64,000 nt of DNA. It comes from the human T2T-CHM13v2.0 reference genome, Homo sapiens. This document shows, piece by piece, positions 1 to 16,944 of the stretch (position 1 is its first letter; each line of letters opens with the position of its first letter). The stretch is taken from assembly GCF_009914755.1 (NCBI RefSeq), contig NC_060937.1. One strand, 5' to 3'. The position numbers and the translations under genes were made by a program. The notes beneath the pieces are model-generated. The model made no database searches. It had not been told where the DNA came from and saw nothing but the letters and a program-made list of their open reading frames with translations.

Positions 1-247
1 GTGATACGATAGACTCTTAGCATTTGTAAATTTAATTTTGGGATTTAAGACTAGCATTTTCAATTTTTCCACATCAAAACAAATCGATTATTCTTGTTCA
101 TCTTTGTTATTCCCATGAGTAACAGATGTTCACTACAGCTGCTAATGCACATCAGGCAGGCAACAGATTGAGATACTTCCAAAGTGTGCTAGCTGGTATC
201 TCTCCTGCCATCAGAACCACCAAAGCAGAGAACTGATGGTCTGGACT

Positions 248-435
248 AGTGCTTCTCTGATTTGGGCACATGTCAATAAGAGCCACCTGGAAAAGCTTGT
301 TAAGCTGCAGATTGCTGGGTCCCACAGATACTGATTCAGTGGGTCCAGGGTGGGGCCTAAGGTATTTTTCTTCTTATATTTCTAGCAAGCTGTCAAGTGA
401 TGCTGAGGTTTCTAGTCAGAGAACCACATTGGCTG
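248..435. mobile_element. MER5A-like hAT-Charlie DNA transposon relic
   Basis: Motifs typical of MER5A: gcagattgctgggtcccac...tgattcagtgggtccagggtggggcctaag...aagtgatgctga...agaaccacatt. Confidence 0.6.
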
Positions 436-936
436 AGGTTATTTTCAAATAACTCCAAAAGCCAATCACTTAACATGCTTTTAGTTGGGGCCTGAGCTGT
501 AGTCCAGGGAAGCTAGGGTACAAAAAGAAATCAGCTATTTGACCCATGAACAAGCTTAGGAAGCCACCATCTACATCCCAGTATACATTTGCTCTTTCAT
601 TTTCCTCATTGTCACAGTAAAAAAAGAAAAAGAGTCACCAGGGCCTCATACACTGTTTAGTTTTCCTAATCCCTAACAGTTCTAACTTTGCCTAAGCTTT
701 CTTTGTTTCTACCACAACTATACTGCAAAACTCTACTATTGTGTTGCTACATGTGTCATCTCCTAGTTTCTGTTCTGTTTGCTATTTTTTAGAAACTCAT
801 GATTGAAATCACTCAAATTTTGCATATGCTCAAATAAATTCCCTCTTGGCTGTAGGAAAAATCCAGACAGAACATTATGTGTAAGGGATTTGTAGTTGAA
901 GCACAGAGGGGAATTGTTTTCAATATAAGTTTTTTT

Positions 937-1002
937 GATATAGCAGATATTAAACTGATAAGAATATTATACTTGATCTTAGCCAAAAGGCCAAAAAATG
1001 AT
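937..1002 (-). pseudogene. U2 snRNA 5' fragment pseudogene
   Basis: Reverse complement reads ATCATTTTTTGGCCTTTTGGCTAAGATCAAGTATAATATTCTTATCAGTTTAATATCTG, matching the U2 5' end (AUCGCUUCUCGGCCUUUUGGCUAAGAUCAAGUGUAGUAUCUGUUCUUAUCAGUUUAAUAUCUG). It is followed by an A-tract. Confidence 0.85.
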
Positions 1003-1318
1003 ACAAATGGGAATTCGATGAGAACTTCAAAATGTAGAGAAGTTAAAGTTAGTACAAGAGTAAAAGTCCTTCTTTGGGTACTGCCATCTTCTTTATTCCA
1101 TTAATGGTACATAGCGTGTATATTCTTCACTGGTCCCTAAATATCACAATCTTTTAGTTTCAAAGTATGTGGGCATTTACCCAAACATTTCATTTTAAAG
1201 CAATGTATTTGGTATAGATGAGAACATTTGAAGTTGAAAAGATTATATAGAATAAAAGCCACAGAAAATGCTAAAATTAATGAAAAACTTTAAGAGAGGT
1301 AAGTCTTATGTTTCATAC

Positions 1319-1438
1319 CTGGGAATATTCCTAAGCAACTTAATGTCAAAAAAAATGTAAATGACATCAACCAGCAGAGGAATCACAATAATGGCAGTAT
1401 CTAAAATGTTAAATAAGTCAGAAAAATACTGCTGTCTC
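1319..1438 (-). CDS. TPTE2: TPTE2 coding exon (120 nt), voltage-sensor helix: (G)[39 protein letters not shown](R)
   Basis: Long T tract then ttacag acceptor; AG|gtatga donor; phase 2/2; peptide matches recalled TPTE2. Confidence 0.93.
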
Positions 1439-2017
1439 CTGTAATATAAAAAAAAAAAAAAAAAGTTCATTTCCCTCTGCAAGAAGAGACAGGAATATTT
1501 AAAGACCACAAACTATTGACTCATCCCCATTAAGAATTCTACTATCATGAATTATTTAAAATGTATTTTCTAGAGTAGACTAAGGGAAAAACATAACATT
1601 CATGGGAAGTTTTCAAACAATAAAATTATATTCATCATTTGACATTTATATGTGACTAAAACACCAACATGGCAATTCAAACATAATAAGAGATATAACT
1701 AAATGTGTAATAATCACCCTTATTGTGGACAATGGGGTATCTATCCCCTCAAGCATTTATCATTCACGTTACAAACAATCCAATTACACTCTTTCAGTCA
1801 TTTAAAAATATACAATCAAGTTATTGTTGACTATGGTCAATCTGTTGTGCTATCAAATAGTAGGCGTTACTCATTCTATTTTTTTGTACCCATTAGCCAT
1901 CCCCACCTCCCCACCCCCAAGCCCCTACTACCATTCCCAGCCTCTGATGATCATCTTTCTACTCTCTAGGTCTATGAATTCAATTGCTTTTTTTTTTTTT
2001 TTAGAGCCCCATAATAA

Positions 2018-2516
<499 letters not shown>

Positions 2517-4530
2517 TAGGCTGCTTCCAAATCTTAGCCATTATGAACAGTGCTGCAACAAACAGGGAATGCAGATATCTCTTCTATATACTGATTTCCT
2601 TTCTTGTGGGTATCTACCCAGCAGTGGGATTGCTGGATCATATGGTAGTTCTATTTTTAGTTTTTTGAGGAACCTGCAAACTGTTCTCCAATTGATTCTA
2701 CTAATTTACATTTCCATGAACAGTGTATGAGGGTTCTCTTATCTTCACATCTTTGGCAGGATTTGTTATTGCCTGACTTTTGGATATAAACCATTTTAGC
2801 TGGGGTGAGATGATATCTCATGGTAGTTTTCTACACTGCGAATTTCTCTAATGATCAATGATGTTAAGCATCTCTTGATATGCCTGTTTACCATCTGTAT
2901 GTTTTCTTCTGAGAAATGCCTATTCAAATCTTATGCTCATTTAAAAAATTAGATTATTAGATTTTTTCCTAGAGAGTTGTTTGAGCTCCTTACATATTCT
3001 GGTTATTAATCCCTTTTCAGATCGGTAGTTTGCAAATATTTTCTCCCATTCTGTGGGCTGCCTCTTCACTTTGCTAATTGTTTCTTCTGCTACGAAGCAG
3101 TTTTTTAACTTGATGTGATCCCATTTGCCCATTTTTGCTTTGGTTGCCTGTGCTTGTCAGGTATAGCCCAAGTAATTTTTGCTCAGACCAATGTCCTGGA
3201 GATTCTTCCCAATGTTCTCTTGTAGTATAGTAGTTTCATTGAGGTCTTAGATTTAAGTCTTTAATCCATGTTGATTTGATTTTTGTATACGGTGAGAGGT
3301 AGGGGTCTAGGTGCATTCTTCTGTATGTGTATATCCAGTTTTCCCCAGAACCGTTTGTTGAAGAGACGTCTTTTGTTCAATGTATGCTCTTGGCACATTT
3401 ACTAAAAATGAGTTCACTGTAAGTGTGTGTGGATTTGTTTCTGGGTTCTCTATTCTGTTCCAGTGGTCTATGTGTCTGTTTTTATGCCAGTGCCATGGTG
3501 TTTTGGTTATATAGTTCTGTAGTATAATTTGAAGTCAGGTAATGTGATTCCTCCAGCTTTGTTCTTTTTGCTTAGAATAGTTTTGGCTATTCTGGGTCTT
3601 TTGAGGCTCCATATAAATTTTAAGATTGTTTCTTCTATTTCTGTGAAGAATGTCATTCATATTTTGACAAGGAGTGCATTGAATCTGTAAATTGCTTTGG
3701 ATAGTATGGACATTTTAACAATATTGATTCTTCCAATCCATGAAATGGAATCTCTTTCCATTTCTTGGTGTCCTCTTCAATTTCTTTCATCAGTGTTTTA
3801 TCATTTTCATTATAAAGATCTTACACTTCTTTGGTTAGGTTAATTTCTAGGTATTTAATTTTATTTGTGGCTATTGCATATAGGACCACTTTTTAAATGT
3901 CCTTTCCAAATGGTTCACGGTTGACATATAGAAATGCTACTGATTTTTGTATATTGATTTTGTATCCTGCAACTTTACTGAATTTATCAGTTCTAATAGT
4001 TTTCTTTGTGGAGTCTTTAGTATTTTCCAAATAAAATGTATCATCTGCAAACACAAGGATAATTTTACTTCTTCCATCCCAATTTGGATTTCTTTTTTTA
4101 TTCCCTTTCTTTCTCTTCTATAATGGCTCTAGCTAGGACTTCCGGTACTATGTTGAACAACAGTGGTAAAAGTGGGCATCCTCATTGTGTTCTAGATCAC
4201 AGAGAAAAGCTTTTCATTTTTTCCCCATTCAGTACGGTACTGACTGTGGGTCTGTCATATATGGTTTTTATTATGTTTAGGTGTGTTACTTCTATACCCA
4301 GTTTTTTTAGGGTGTTTACTATGAAGGGATGTTGAATTTTATCAAATGCATTTTTGGCATCAACTGAAATGATCTTACGGTTTTTATCCTTTATTGTGTG
4401 GATATAATGTATCGCATTGATTGATTTGCAAATGTTGAACCATCCTTGCATCCCAGAGACACATCCCACTTGTCATGATGAATGATCTTTCCCATATATT
4501 GTTGAATTCAGTTTTCCAGTATCTTGTTGA

Positions 4531-5289
<759 letters not shown>

Positions 5290-6840
5290 ATGTGTCTTGT
5301 TCTTTCATCCATTCATCCACTCTGTCTTTTGACTGAAAAGCTTAGTCTGCTGACACTCAGTGTTATCATTGATAAGTAAGAACTCACTCCTGCTATTTTG
5401 TTATTTGTTTTCTGGTTGTTTTGGGGTCTTCTCTTCCTTCTTTCCTTCCTGTCTTCCAATAGTGAAGGTAATTTTCTCTGGTGATATGATTTAGTTTCTT
5501 GTTTTTTATTTTTCATGTATCCACTGTTATGTTTTTTGGTTTGAGGTTACCATGAGGCTTGTAAATACTATCTTATAATCCATTATTTTAATCTTATAAC
5601 AGTTTTCATAAACAAACAAGTAAAAAGGAAACTAATAAAAACCCTACAACTTAAATTTGTCTCGCTATTATTTAACTTTTTGTTATTTCTATTTATATCT
5701 TATTATACCATCTATGTCTTGAAAAGTTGTAGTTAATATTTTTGATTGGCTCATAGTTTAGTCTCTCTACTTAGAATAAGAGTAGTTTATACATCATAGT
5801 TACAATGTTATAACATTCTGCATTTTTCTGTATACCTACTATTACCAGTGAGTTTTATACCTTCAGGTTGTTACTTATTGCTCATTAATGTCCTTATCTT
5901 TCTGATTGAAATACTCCCTTTAGCATTTCTTCTAGGACAGGTCTGGTGTTGACAAAATCCCTCAGCTTTTGTGTGGAAAAGTCTTTATTTCCCCTTCACT
6001 TTGAAGGATATTTTCACTGGATACACTGTTCTAGGGTAAATGTTTTTTTCCTTCAGCACTTTCAATATGTCATGCCACTCTCTCCTGGCCTGAAACGTTT
6101 CTACTAAAGAGTCTGCTGCCAGATATATTGTAGCTCCATCGTATATTATTGGTTTCTTTTCTCTTGCTGCTTTTAAGATCCTTTCTTTATCCTTGATCTT
6201 TGGGACTGTGATTATTAAATTCCTTGAGGTAGTCTTCTTTGAGTTACATCTGCTCGGTGTTTTATAACTTTCTTGTACTTGGATATTGATATCTTTCTGT
6301 AGGTTTGGGACGTTCTGTTACTATCCCTTTGAATAAACTTTCTACACTCCCCACCTCCTCTTTAAGGCCAATACCACTTAGATTTGTCCTTTTGAGGCTA
6401 TTTTCTAGATCCTGTAGGCATGCATCATTGTTTTTTATTCTTTCCTTTGTCTCCTCTATGTATTTTGAAATAGCCTGTCTTCAAGCTCATTAATTCTTTC
6501 TTCTGGTTTATCAATTCTGCTATTAAAAGACTCTAATGCATTCTTTGGTGTGCCAATTACATTTTTTGGCTCCAGAATTTCTGCTTGATTCTTTTAAATT
6601 ATTTAATTTCTTTGTTAAACTTATCTAATAGAATTATGAATTCCTTCTCTGTCTTATCTTGAATTTCTTTGAGTTCCCTCAACACAGCTATTTTGATTTC
6701 TTTGTCTAAAAGGTCACATATATCTGTTTCTACAGGATTGGCTCCTGGTGTCTTATTTAGTTCATTTGGTGAGGTCATGTTTTCCTGGATAGTGTTGATG
6801 CTAGCAGATGTTCTTTGGTGTCTAGGCATTGAAGAGTTAG

Positions 6841-6904
6841 GTATTTATTGTAGTTTTCACTGCATTTATTGTAGTTTTCACTGTATTTATTGTAGTTTTC
6901 ACTG
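6841..6904. repeat. 3 x 21-bp tandem repeat (gtatttattgtagttttcact)
   Basis: Three consecutive near-identical copies inside the old L1. Confidence 0.85.
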
Positions 6905-7464
6905 TCAGGGCTTGTTTGTACCCATCTTTCTTGGGAAGGCTTTCCAGATATTTGAAAGAACTTGGATATTGTGATCTAAGCTCCATCTGCTCTAGGCGGC
7001 ACCCCAAGCCTCCTAAACTCTGTGGTTCTTGCAGACTTATAGTGGTACTGCCTTAATGGTCTTGGACAAGATCCAGGATAATTCTCTGCATTACCAAAAG
7101 GAGACTCTTGTTTTCTTCCCTTACATTCTCCCAAACAAAGAGTCTCTCTCTCTCTCTGTTCTGAGGCACCTAAAGCTTGGGGTTGAGTGACACAAGCACC
7201 CCTGTGGCCACCAATACTGTGACTGCATTGGGTCAGACCTGAGGCCAGCACAGCACTGGGTCTTGCCCAAGACCTGCTGTAACCACTCCTTAGCTATTGC
7301 AGAAGTTTGCTGAAGGCCCTGGGGCTCTACAGTCATCACATGGTAAAAACAGCCAGGCCTGTGTCCTTCCCTTCAGGATGGCAAGTTGTCCTAGCCTCCA
7401 GGTGGATCCAAAGGTGCTGTCTGGGAATCAGGGCCTAGATCAAAAACTTTAAAAGTCTACCTAG

Positions 7465-8160
<696 letters not shown>

Positions 8161-8162
8161 CT

Positions 8163-8166
8163 AAAA

Positions 8167-8197
<31 letters not shown>

Positions 8198-8198
8198 A
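8163..8198. repeat. (TAAA)n microsatellite forming the acceptor tract of the 162-nt exon
   Basis: Seen directly. Confidence 0.9.
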
Positions 8199-9279
8199 TG
8201 CAAAGATAAAGGGGCATTTGTCCCTATAGCTATACTATATTTAAGCCACTGATCAGGTACCAAAATGTTATTATTTAGTATTAAGCTGCCCAGTGGCAGG
8301 AAAAACTGTAATGTCTTGGAATCTCAGAAAAATCACTGTTTTCACCCAATAGAAGCAGTTCTTAATAAACAAAATTCTCACCAAACCACTTCACAAGATA
8401 TCATGGCCTTTTATAGTAGACACATCAGACCAACACCTCAAGAGAGAAAAGCAAAACTGAATTAAAATCACCTGTGTCTGTTTACAAACTCTTCCTAAAA
8501 TTTCAGAATTTCATAAGAAGTTTATACCAATTTCTCATAAAAAATAAACCCTCATTAATCTGGATAATTCTAAAGAATTTATTAATAAAAACCAAATGAA
8601 AGCACGAGTAACATAAGCTCTTAAAAGACCAAGATTTTTCATCAGTGACATTTTCAACAAGTCCATGATTCCATATTTATGGGTGCTTCTAGCATAGTGA
8701 TGGGCACATGAGTCTTGAACTCTAAAGTACTTCCTGCCACTTGCTGTTACATATTCCAAATACATTCTCCATAAATTGATTAGACTATTTGCCTAATCCA
8801 TGAAGATGAATTAGCCTTTGAAGTACTTTTTTAAAAACTTGCAGCTCAAATTCAAATATTATTAATTCAAAAGGAAACAATTATATTGCATAAATCTATA
8901 TCATAGTATGAAATCGTACTCTTATGTAGAGAAGAGTCTAAGTAAATTGTTTCCAGAACTAAAGAGTAATTCCAGATGTATAAGGTACTTAATAAAACAC
9001 TTTACTAATAATTATAGAATTTTAACATTTGATTTTCATTAATGTTACTTTTGCAGATGGAAGAAAAACAATATTAATATGTTACTATTAATCTTAGGCA
9101 AAAGCCATTTATTTGCAATTCTTAATGTCCAGCTTAAACCAAAATTCCATGATAAATTACATTACATTAGATGGGGCACATGGCTACTTAGCAACTGATG
9201 GACAGTGGAAATGCTCTTTTGTTATTTTATTTCAGTGTTTCTCATTGAAGTATTAAGTCTCATATATATGTATGTATAG

Positions 9280-9602
<323 letters not shown>

Positions 9603-9649
9603 AAGTCTCAGATATATTTAATACATGGTGTTTTCTATGTCTCACATAC

Positions 9650-9700
9650 CCAAATGCAAAGGATGATACAATTGAATGCACAATTTTCTTAATCTTGCTG
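9650..9700 (-). CDS. TPTE2: TPTE2 coding exon (51 nt): (D)SKIKKIVHSIVSSFAF(G)
   Basis: tttttgcag acceptor, GG|gtatgt donor, phase 2/2. Confidence 0.93.
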
Positions 9701-10397
9701 CTGCAAAAAGAAGTAAAAATAAAATTAACCAGATTTCTTCTTATATTGTAAATTTAACCAAAAAACAAAGGCCTTTATAAATATAATTTTAAAAGAAAAT
9801 TATTCAGAAGTTGTATAACAAAATGCTTTTTACTAATAGCTAAAATTTTATTCTTCCTGCTCCATGAGTATTTTACTTGTTTACTATGCTATCCAGAAGA
9901 CAGTAAACTTTGGATGTTTAGTAACATTTCCATTGCATGCAAAGCCCCAACCCCAACTTTATGGCAATACTAAACTTAAACTTGTGGTCATCAACTCAAG
10001 GAGTATAGCATGAAGACAGAAAAGGTTGGTAGAAGAGAACCGTATTTTAATGCCAGCCTGGGCAAATCATCAAACTTTGGCCAGATCTCAGTTTCCACTG
10101 CAATAAAATAAGGTGTTTCAGGAATGAGCATAGGGAGAGTAAATGATGCTCTTGTCATCTCCTCAAACTAGACACCTAGTGAACAGATACACATGAGCAA
10201 GAGTCACATATGAGGTTGCAAATGAACTTCAGAGGTAAGACATTTTAGTAAGATATACTTCAAAGGACAAACACCCGAAAGACTGGGCTCCTTCCATTAA
10301 TCAAAGGAAGGAGAACCTGTTTGATAGAGCCTCCAATAATGCCTCATTTTACCTTATGGCTGGAGACAAAGTAGCTGATGAGGAACAATTTTTTTTG

Positions 10398-10468
10398 TCC
10401 TACTGAAGCCTCCTGTGTTGGAGGCTCTTCAGGAGGAGAAGCCTCCAACACAGGAGACTTCAGTAGGA
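10398..10468. repeat. Inverted repeat with 29-bp arms and 13-nt spacer
   Basis: Arms 10398-10426 and 10440-10468 are complementary at 28 of 29 positions. Confidence 0.9.
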
Positions 10469-10633
10469 GAAGTCTTCAGGAAGTTTCTGTCATACTGAAG
10501 CCTCCAACACAGGACTCAAATTCCACCCCGAGAGCCATTAATCCTAAGACAATGCTCACAGCCTGTGCCTAAGACTGGAGAACAAAGAGGGCAGATACTG
10601 AGCAGAACTGGGGCACTGACAATTGGCCTTTGA

Positions 10634-11462
10634 CATGAACAGACATTTCTCAAAAGAAGACATGCATGTGGCCAACAAGCATACGAAGAAAAGCTCAATA
10701 TCACAGATTTTAGAGAAATGCAAATCAAAACCACAATGAGATACCATTTCACACCAGTCAGAATGGCTATTACTAAAAAGTCAAAAAATAACAGATGCAG
10801 GCAAGGTTGCAGAGAAAAGGGAACACTTATACATTGTTGGTGGGAGTGTAAATTAGTTCAACCACTGTAAAAAGCAGTATAGCAATACCTTGAAGAGCTA
10901 AAAGCAGAACTATTTGACTGAGCAATCCCATTACTGAGTAGATACCCAGAGGAATATAAATCATTCTACTATAAAGATACATGCATATGAATGTTCACTG
11001 CAGCACTATTTACAATAGCAAAGACATGGAATCAACCTAGGTACCCATCAATGACAGACTGGATAAAGAAAATGTGGTACATATATACCATGGAATACTA
11101 TGCAGCCATAAAAAAAGAATGAGATCATGTATTTTGTGGGAACATGGATGGATCTGGAGGCTCTCATCCTTAGCAAACTAGTGCAGAAACAGAAAACCAA
11201 ATACTGAATGTTCTCACCTATCAGTGGTAGCTAAATCATAAGGACGGATGAACACAAAGAAGGAAATAGACACTGGGGTCTACTTAAGTGGGGAGGGTAG
11301 GAGGAGAGAGAGGAGCAGAAAAGATAACTATTTGAGTACTGAGTTTAATACCTGGATGATGAAATAATACGTTAAAAAAAAAAAACCTCCCTGACACAAG
11401 TTTACCTACATAACAAACCCCACGTGTACCTCCAAACCTAAAATAAAAGTTAAAAAAAATAA
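10634..11462 (+). mobile_element. L1PA (older) 3' fragment
   Basis: ORF2 C-terminal and 3'UTR sequence, poly-A; TSD aattggcctttga at 10621-10633 and 11463-11475. Confidence 0.88.
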
Positions 11463-12199
11463 AATTGGCCTTTGATGAATGATGTTAGGTTAACCTGAGA
11501 TAAAGGAAATCCCCAATCCGTCTAATCTTCCCCTCTCCACCTGGACCCACCACCTCCGCCCAGGCTTGGAGAGTTAAGGCTGATGTAGATGGAGGATCAA
11601 TTGGCCAAAAGAGGTGAATTCTCTCCTCAAGTTGCCATGCCCTTACTACAAGAACCTCTGATCCCACACAGTCTACTGGATCTCCAGGTATCAAGGAAAT
11701 GTCATAAATCTGAACTCACTTGACAATGTCACCATACAGAACCAAGTCTGACAGATTATGAAGGCATGAAGAAGTGGCTTGGGTGGCTTTAGCCCCTTAA
11801 TCTGTTTCAGTGTTCCCTGAAACTATACCAAGTAAATACACAATTGAGACTTTTTTGGTTAAAAAAAGTGTACTATGTAAATGCAGCTTCAAGCAGTTAT
11901 GTGCAGAGTTTGCAGGGAAATAACTATGACTCAGTAAATCCATATCCAGGAAAAGTACTGTTCACACTCGGGAGCAACAGACAGACACTCCAACATGAAG
12001 CAACACGAAGCATAGCCTCCATGTACCTTTCCTAAAAACAATTACTCAAAGTGCTTGAGTCAGCTGAGCAATGAATCAAAATGAAGAACACAGAAATAAG
12101 GAAGATGACTTACAGAGAAAAGATGGTAAATAATATAAACTCAAAATTAGGTAAGTCTAAATAATAATTGTTAATGTAGCATAAAAATGTAGCAGGTGA

Positions 12200-13244
<1,045 letters not shown>

Positions 13245-13758
13245 ATGTAGCAGGTGAAAATGTAAATAAATGATTCTAAAAGTAAAGATAAATAATATAA
13301 AATCATGAATAATAGTATTGATTTGAATTTTTAGGCATTCTTACACTAGGATTCAAGGTGTGGAAGAAGACAGAAGTAAAGGCAGGTTGCATTTCTTATC
13401 TTTCACAGGTACATCTCGATATTGATGGAAAAAATGGTATAATTATGTTTTCTAAGCATTTAAATATAAACATTGATAGACTAGAAATGGGCTTCTGACT
13501 TGCATATCAATAAAAAATGCAAGGGATAAAAACAAATCAATTAATAGCAAAATATAGACAAATTTACAAAGAAAATATCAAAGTATTTTTAATAAAGAAA
13601 AAGATGATAAATAAAACCAAACATACCAGAAATCATAAATACAAACATATTACTCTCATATTGCATATTGAGAAATACTCTCAGATAACTTTGAAATTAA
13701 AGGCATTACATGTGACAAAAACTAAATTTAAATGACAATTCAAAAATAAAGAGATAGA

Positions 13759-14051
13759 GGCCAGGCGCGGTGGCTCACGCCTGTAATCCCAGCACTTTGG
13801 GTGGCCAAGGTGGGCGGATCATGAGGTCAAGAGATTGAGACCATCCTGGCCAACATGGTGAAACTCCATCTCTACTAAAAATACAAAAAATTAGCTGGGC
13901 GTGGTGGTGCGTGACTGTAGTCCCAGCTACTCAGGAGGCTGAGGCAGGAGAATCGCTTGAACCTGGGAGGCCAAGGTTGCAGTGAGCTGAGTGGTGTCAC
14001 TGCACTCCAGCCTGGTGACAGAGCGAGACTCCGGCTCAAAAAAAAAAAAAA
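13759..14051 (+). mobile_element. AluS (AluSc-like)
   Basis: Full Alu with poly-A; TSD aaagagataga. Confidence 0.92.
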
Positions 14052-16564
14052 GAGATAGAAAAAGATATGAGATACTAAACCTTAAAACACTAAAAGTTCC
14101 AATATTAATATCAAAGTTGAATTAAAAGCACAAATATTAACTATGAACATGACTCATCTTTTATCAATAGAAGGTGGAAGCTACATGACACTAACAAGAC
14201 CATGTTTAATGAAATGGGATTTGTATTGAAGGCAGGTGCTATCTCTCCCACTGGACACGTTTTTCTCTGGTACAGACTCTGGGGGTAGGGAGGTGGCCAT
14301 GATGTAAAGCATGAAAAACACTGTAGTGACTCTGGTCTTCCTGCTCACTCTAGATCACTAAAACAGGGTAAGGACAATATAGGGGGATGACATTTTCATG
14401 CTGAGAAAACTATGAGTCACTTAGGAGAAAAGTAAATTTCTACACTTTATACCTTAAGACAAAGTAAATTCAGGGCAGATATTTTATTTAAATGAAGAAA
14501 ATAAATTCAAAACAGAAATTTTGGTGAATATATTTAAAATCTTGGGGTAAGAAGGACTTTCTGAGAATAACATTAAAGGCAAAATCACAAAGAAAGGAAC
14601 AGATACATTTGATTACATGAGGATTAAATGCTTTTATATAGTGAAAAGCAAGACAACCTGGGAGAAATTGCTTATATTACATAAAATAGAAAAAGGATCA
14701 ATAGATTTAACTTTTCAGTCCAAAGACAGAAAAGGATAAATGAAGGTGTGTCAAAGAATGTGCATTAGAACAAATATATTTACTAATATCAGAGAAATCA
14801 ATGATGGCTAGTGTTAAGTGTGGGGGGGAGAAATGTACACTTTGCATCTTGATGTTAAAGCACATATCAATATCAATAGCGTCACAATCATTCCCTTTGA
14901 CACAGAATTTCCACTTCTGAGAATTTATAACAAGCAAATAACCAACAATATAGACATTTAGCCTCAAATATATTCATTTTTGTAACAGTTAAAAACTTGT
15001 AAAAAACTTAATTGTTCAGCAATATCTGACTATTAAATGAATTATAGCTCATCTACACCATGAAATATTACACAACTGTTGCAAATAATGTTGTAAGTGC
15101 ACATGAATATATATTAACAAAAAAATATAGTCATGATGTCATTAAGTAATAAGGTTATTTACAAAAGAATAAGTATGGTCTCATATCTGTAAACAAAAAA
15201 GTATATGCCTAAAGAACTTAGAAGTGCATGCATCAAAGTTTAAGAATGACTATATGTGGTTAGATTTGTTGATTGTATTTTCAGATTTTCCTTTAATGAA
15301 CTCTTACATTATTTTCAGTTTTTAGAATAAAACCTATTTACAGAACTACAGAGTTTTCAAAGTATTTTTGCATGTTATTTTCGTTTTATTACTAATTTTT
15401 TACAATACAATATCCAGTACATAGATTGCATCATAGCCAGTTTACATTTGAATAATCTGAAAGTTAAAGAGGGTTAGTGACTTGCTGAGTATCAGGTGAA
15501 TGAATATATGATGTCAAAGCCAAGCACTGATTCCAGCTTTTACTATAAATCCAATATCATCCCCCTGGTATGAAACACCAGCATTTCTCACAGGGACTAC
15601 TGCAAATTCCTCCTATATCTATGTAATGAGACTTTGTAATTTAAAAATAAAATAAAATGAAAACCTGCTTTATTTTGTTTGGAGTGGGGAAAGAAGGAAA
15701 TGCTTGCCTTGCTTAATCTGTCTAATTTTGTTTCGGCCCTGGGCAGCTCCATTACAGAAAACGTATAGCTAATTTGCAGACACACAGTTTAATTCAGTGG
15801 CAAATTCAGGGCAATTTGAAAAACTACTTGTATTTGCCCTCTTTGTTTCCAATCTTTGTTTAGACACCAACAGCTTACAACCATGGTGAGTTAACTTCCT
15901 CTATGGCAGTACTTCCTCTCCAGCATTGACACAAGCTGGTGAATGGTTATACAACTGGGCAAGAAAGAAGCAGAAGAAAAATCTCCTGAATATGTCTGCA
16001 GTTCAGACACAAGCCAGTTTAAGAATGTATTGTTTCATTACAGTGAGTACATGATAAAATGCCTTCAGGTCAGTGCAACAGGAAGTACTCTAGTGAGATT
16101 AGAAACAAATAAGAATAAAATCCCAATGAGCATAAAGAGGTCTTTAGTCAGCAAAACATGTTTGCTTTTGCTATCAATACTATTTGCTCATAGGCAAAAT
16201 CTACAAAATTGGGAATCACACCATATCCAGTAAAAATGAGAAACGTTCACTATTGATGAGTTAAGTAGCATTCTGCATTCCTGTTTTTTAAAAAAAAACT
16301 TTTAATGGAATTAATTTCCTCTAAGAATACTTTTTACATTTTCAAGCTAGAAGAACATTTATTTCTGAATGGATGGAATTTTTTTTTCAAAATAATACTT
16401 GTCTAAGAATTCAACTGGAGTAAATACGGTGTACCCTCCCACCATACATTTTGATATCTTTCCATAGTTTCCCTTTTTCCTTCTTGCCTTAGCGGAAGCC
16501 CTGTTTCACTAAAGGTAAGAGATCCATCAATGGCTCCCTCCTTTCAAACTTCAAACTGACTTAC

Positions 16565-16624
16565 TCATATGAAGCAACATTTTCAGCATCTTCAACTTCA
16601 AACTTGGAAAGTCGTTCTAACATA
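16565..16624 (-). CDS. TPTE2: TPTE2 coding exon (60 nt): (S)MLERLSKFEVEDAENVASY(D)
   Basis: ctaaag acceptor, GA|gtaagt donor, phase 2/2; matches recalled TPTE2. Confidence 0.92.
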
Positions 16625-16944
16625 CTTTAGCCACCAAAAAAAAATGCAAAAATATATCATTAGATATTTGCTACACAAAATAGTGATGAAAAATATATTT
16701 GAATAACAAGAATCCCATGAATCTAAAGGATATAGTAAACATGACTTAGCTCACTGGAAGACCTAATATTTAAGAAAGAAAATTACAATCATTAACCAGA
16801 AACTCTTTCCTCATGGATACTCCCAACACTTAATTTTGCATATTTTTATCTTCTTTTCTCTCTCTGTCCCTTTCTATATATATGTATATAAAGATATATA
16901 AAAGAATATGTATACAGATATATAATATATAAATAATATAGGTA

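Noticed and set aside
1306-1509. ORF-track peptide MVFKY...RYET as a standalone protein
   Set aside because: Only 1319-1438 is exonic; the rest is read-through into intron.
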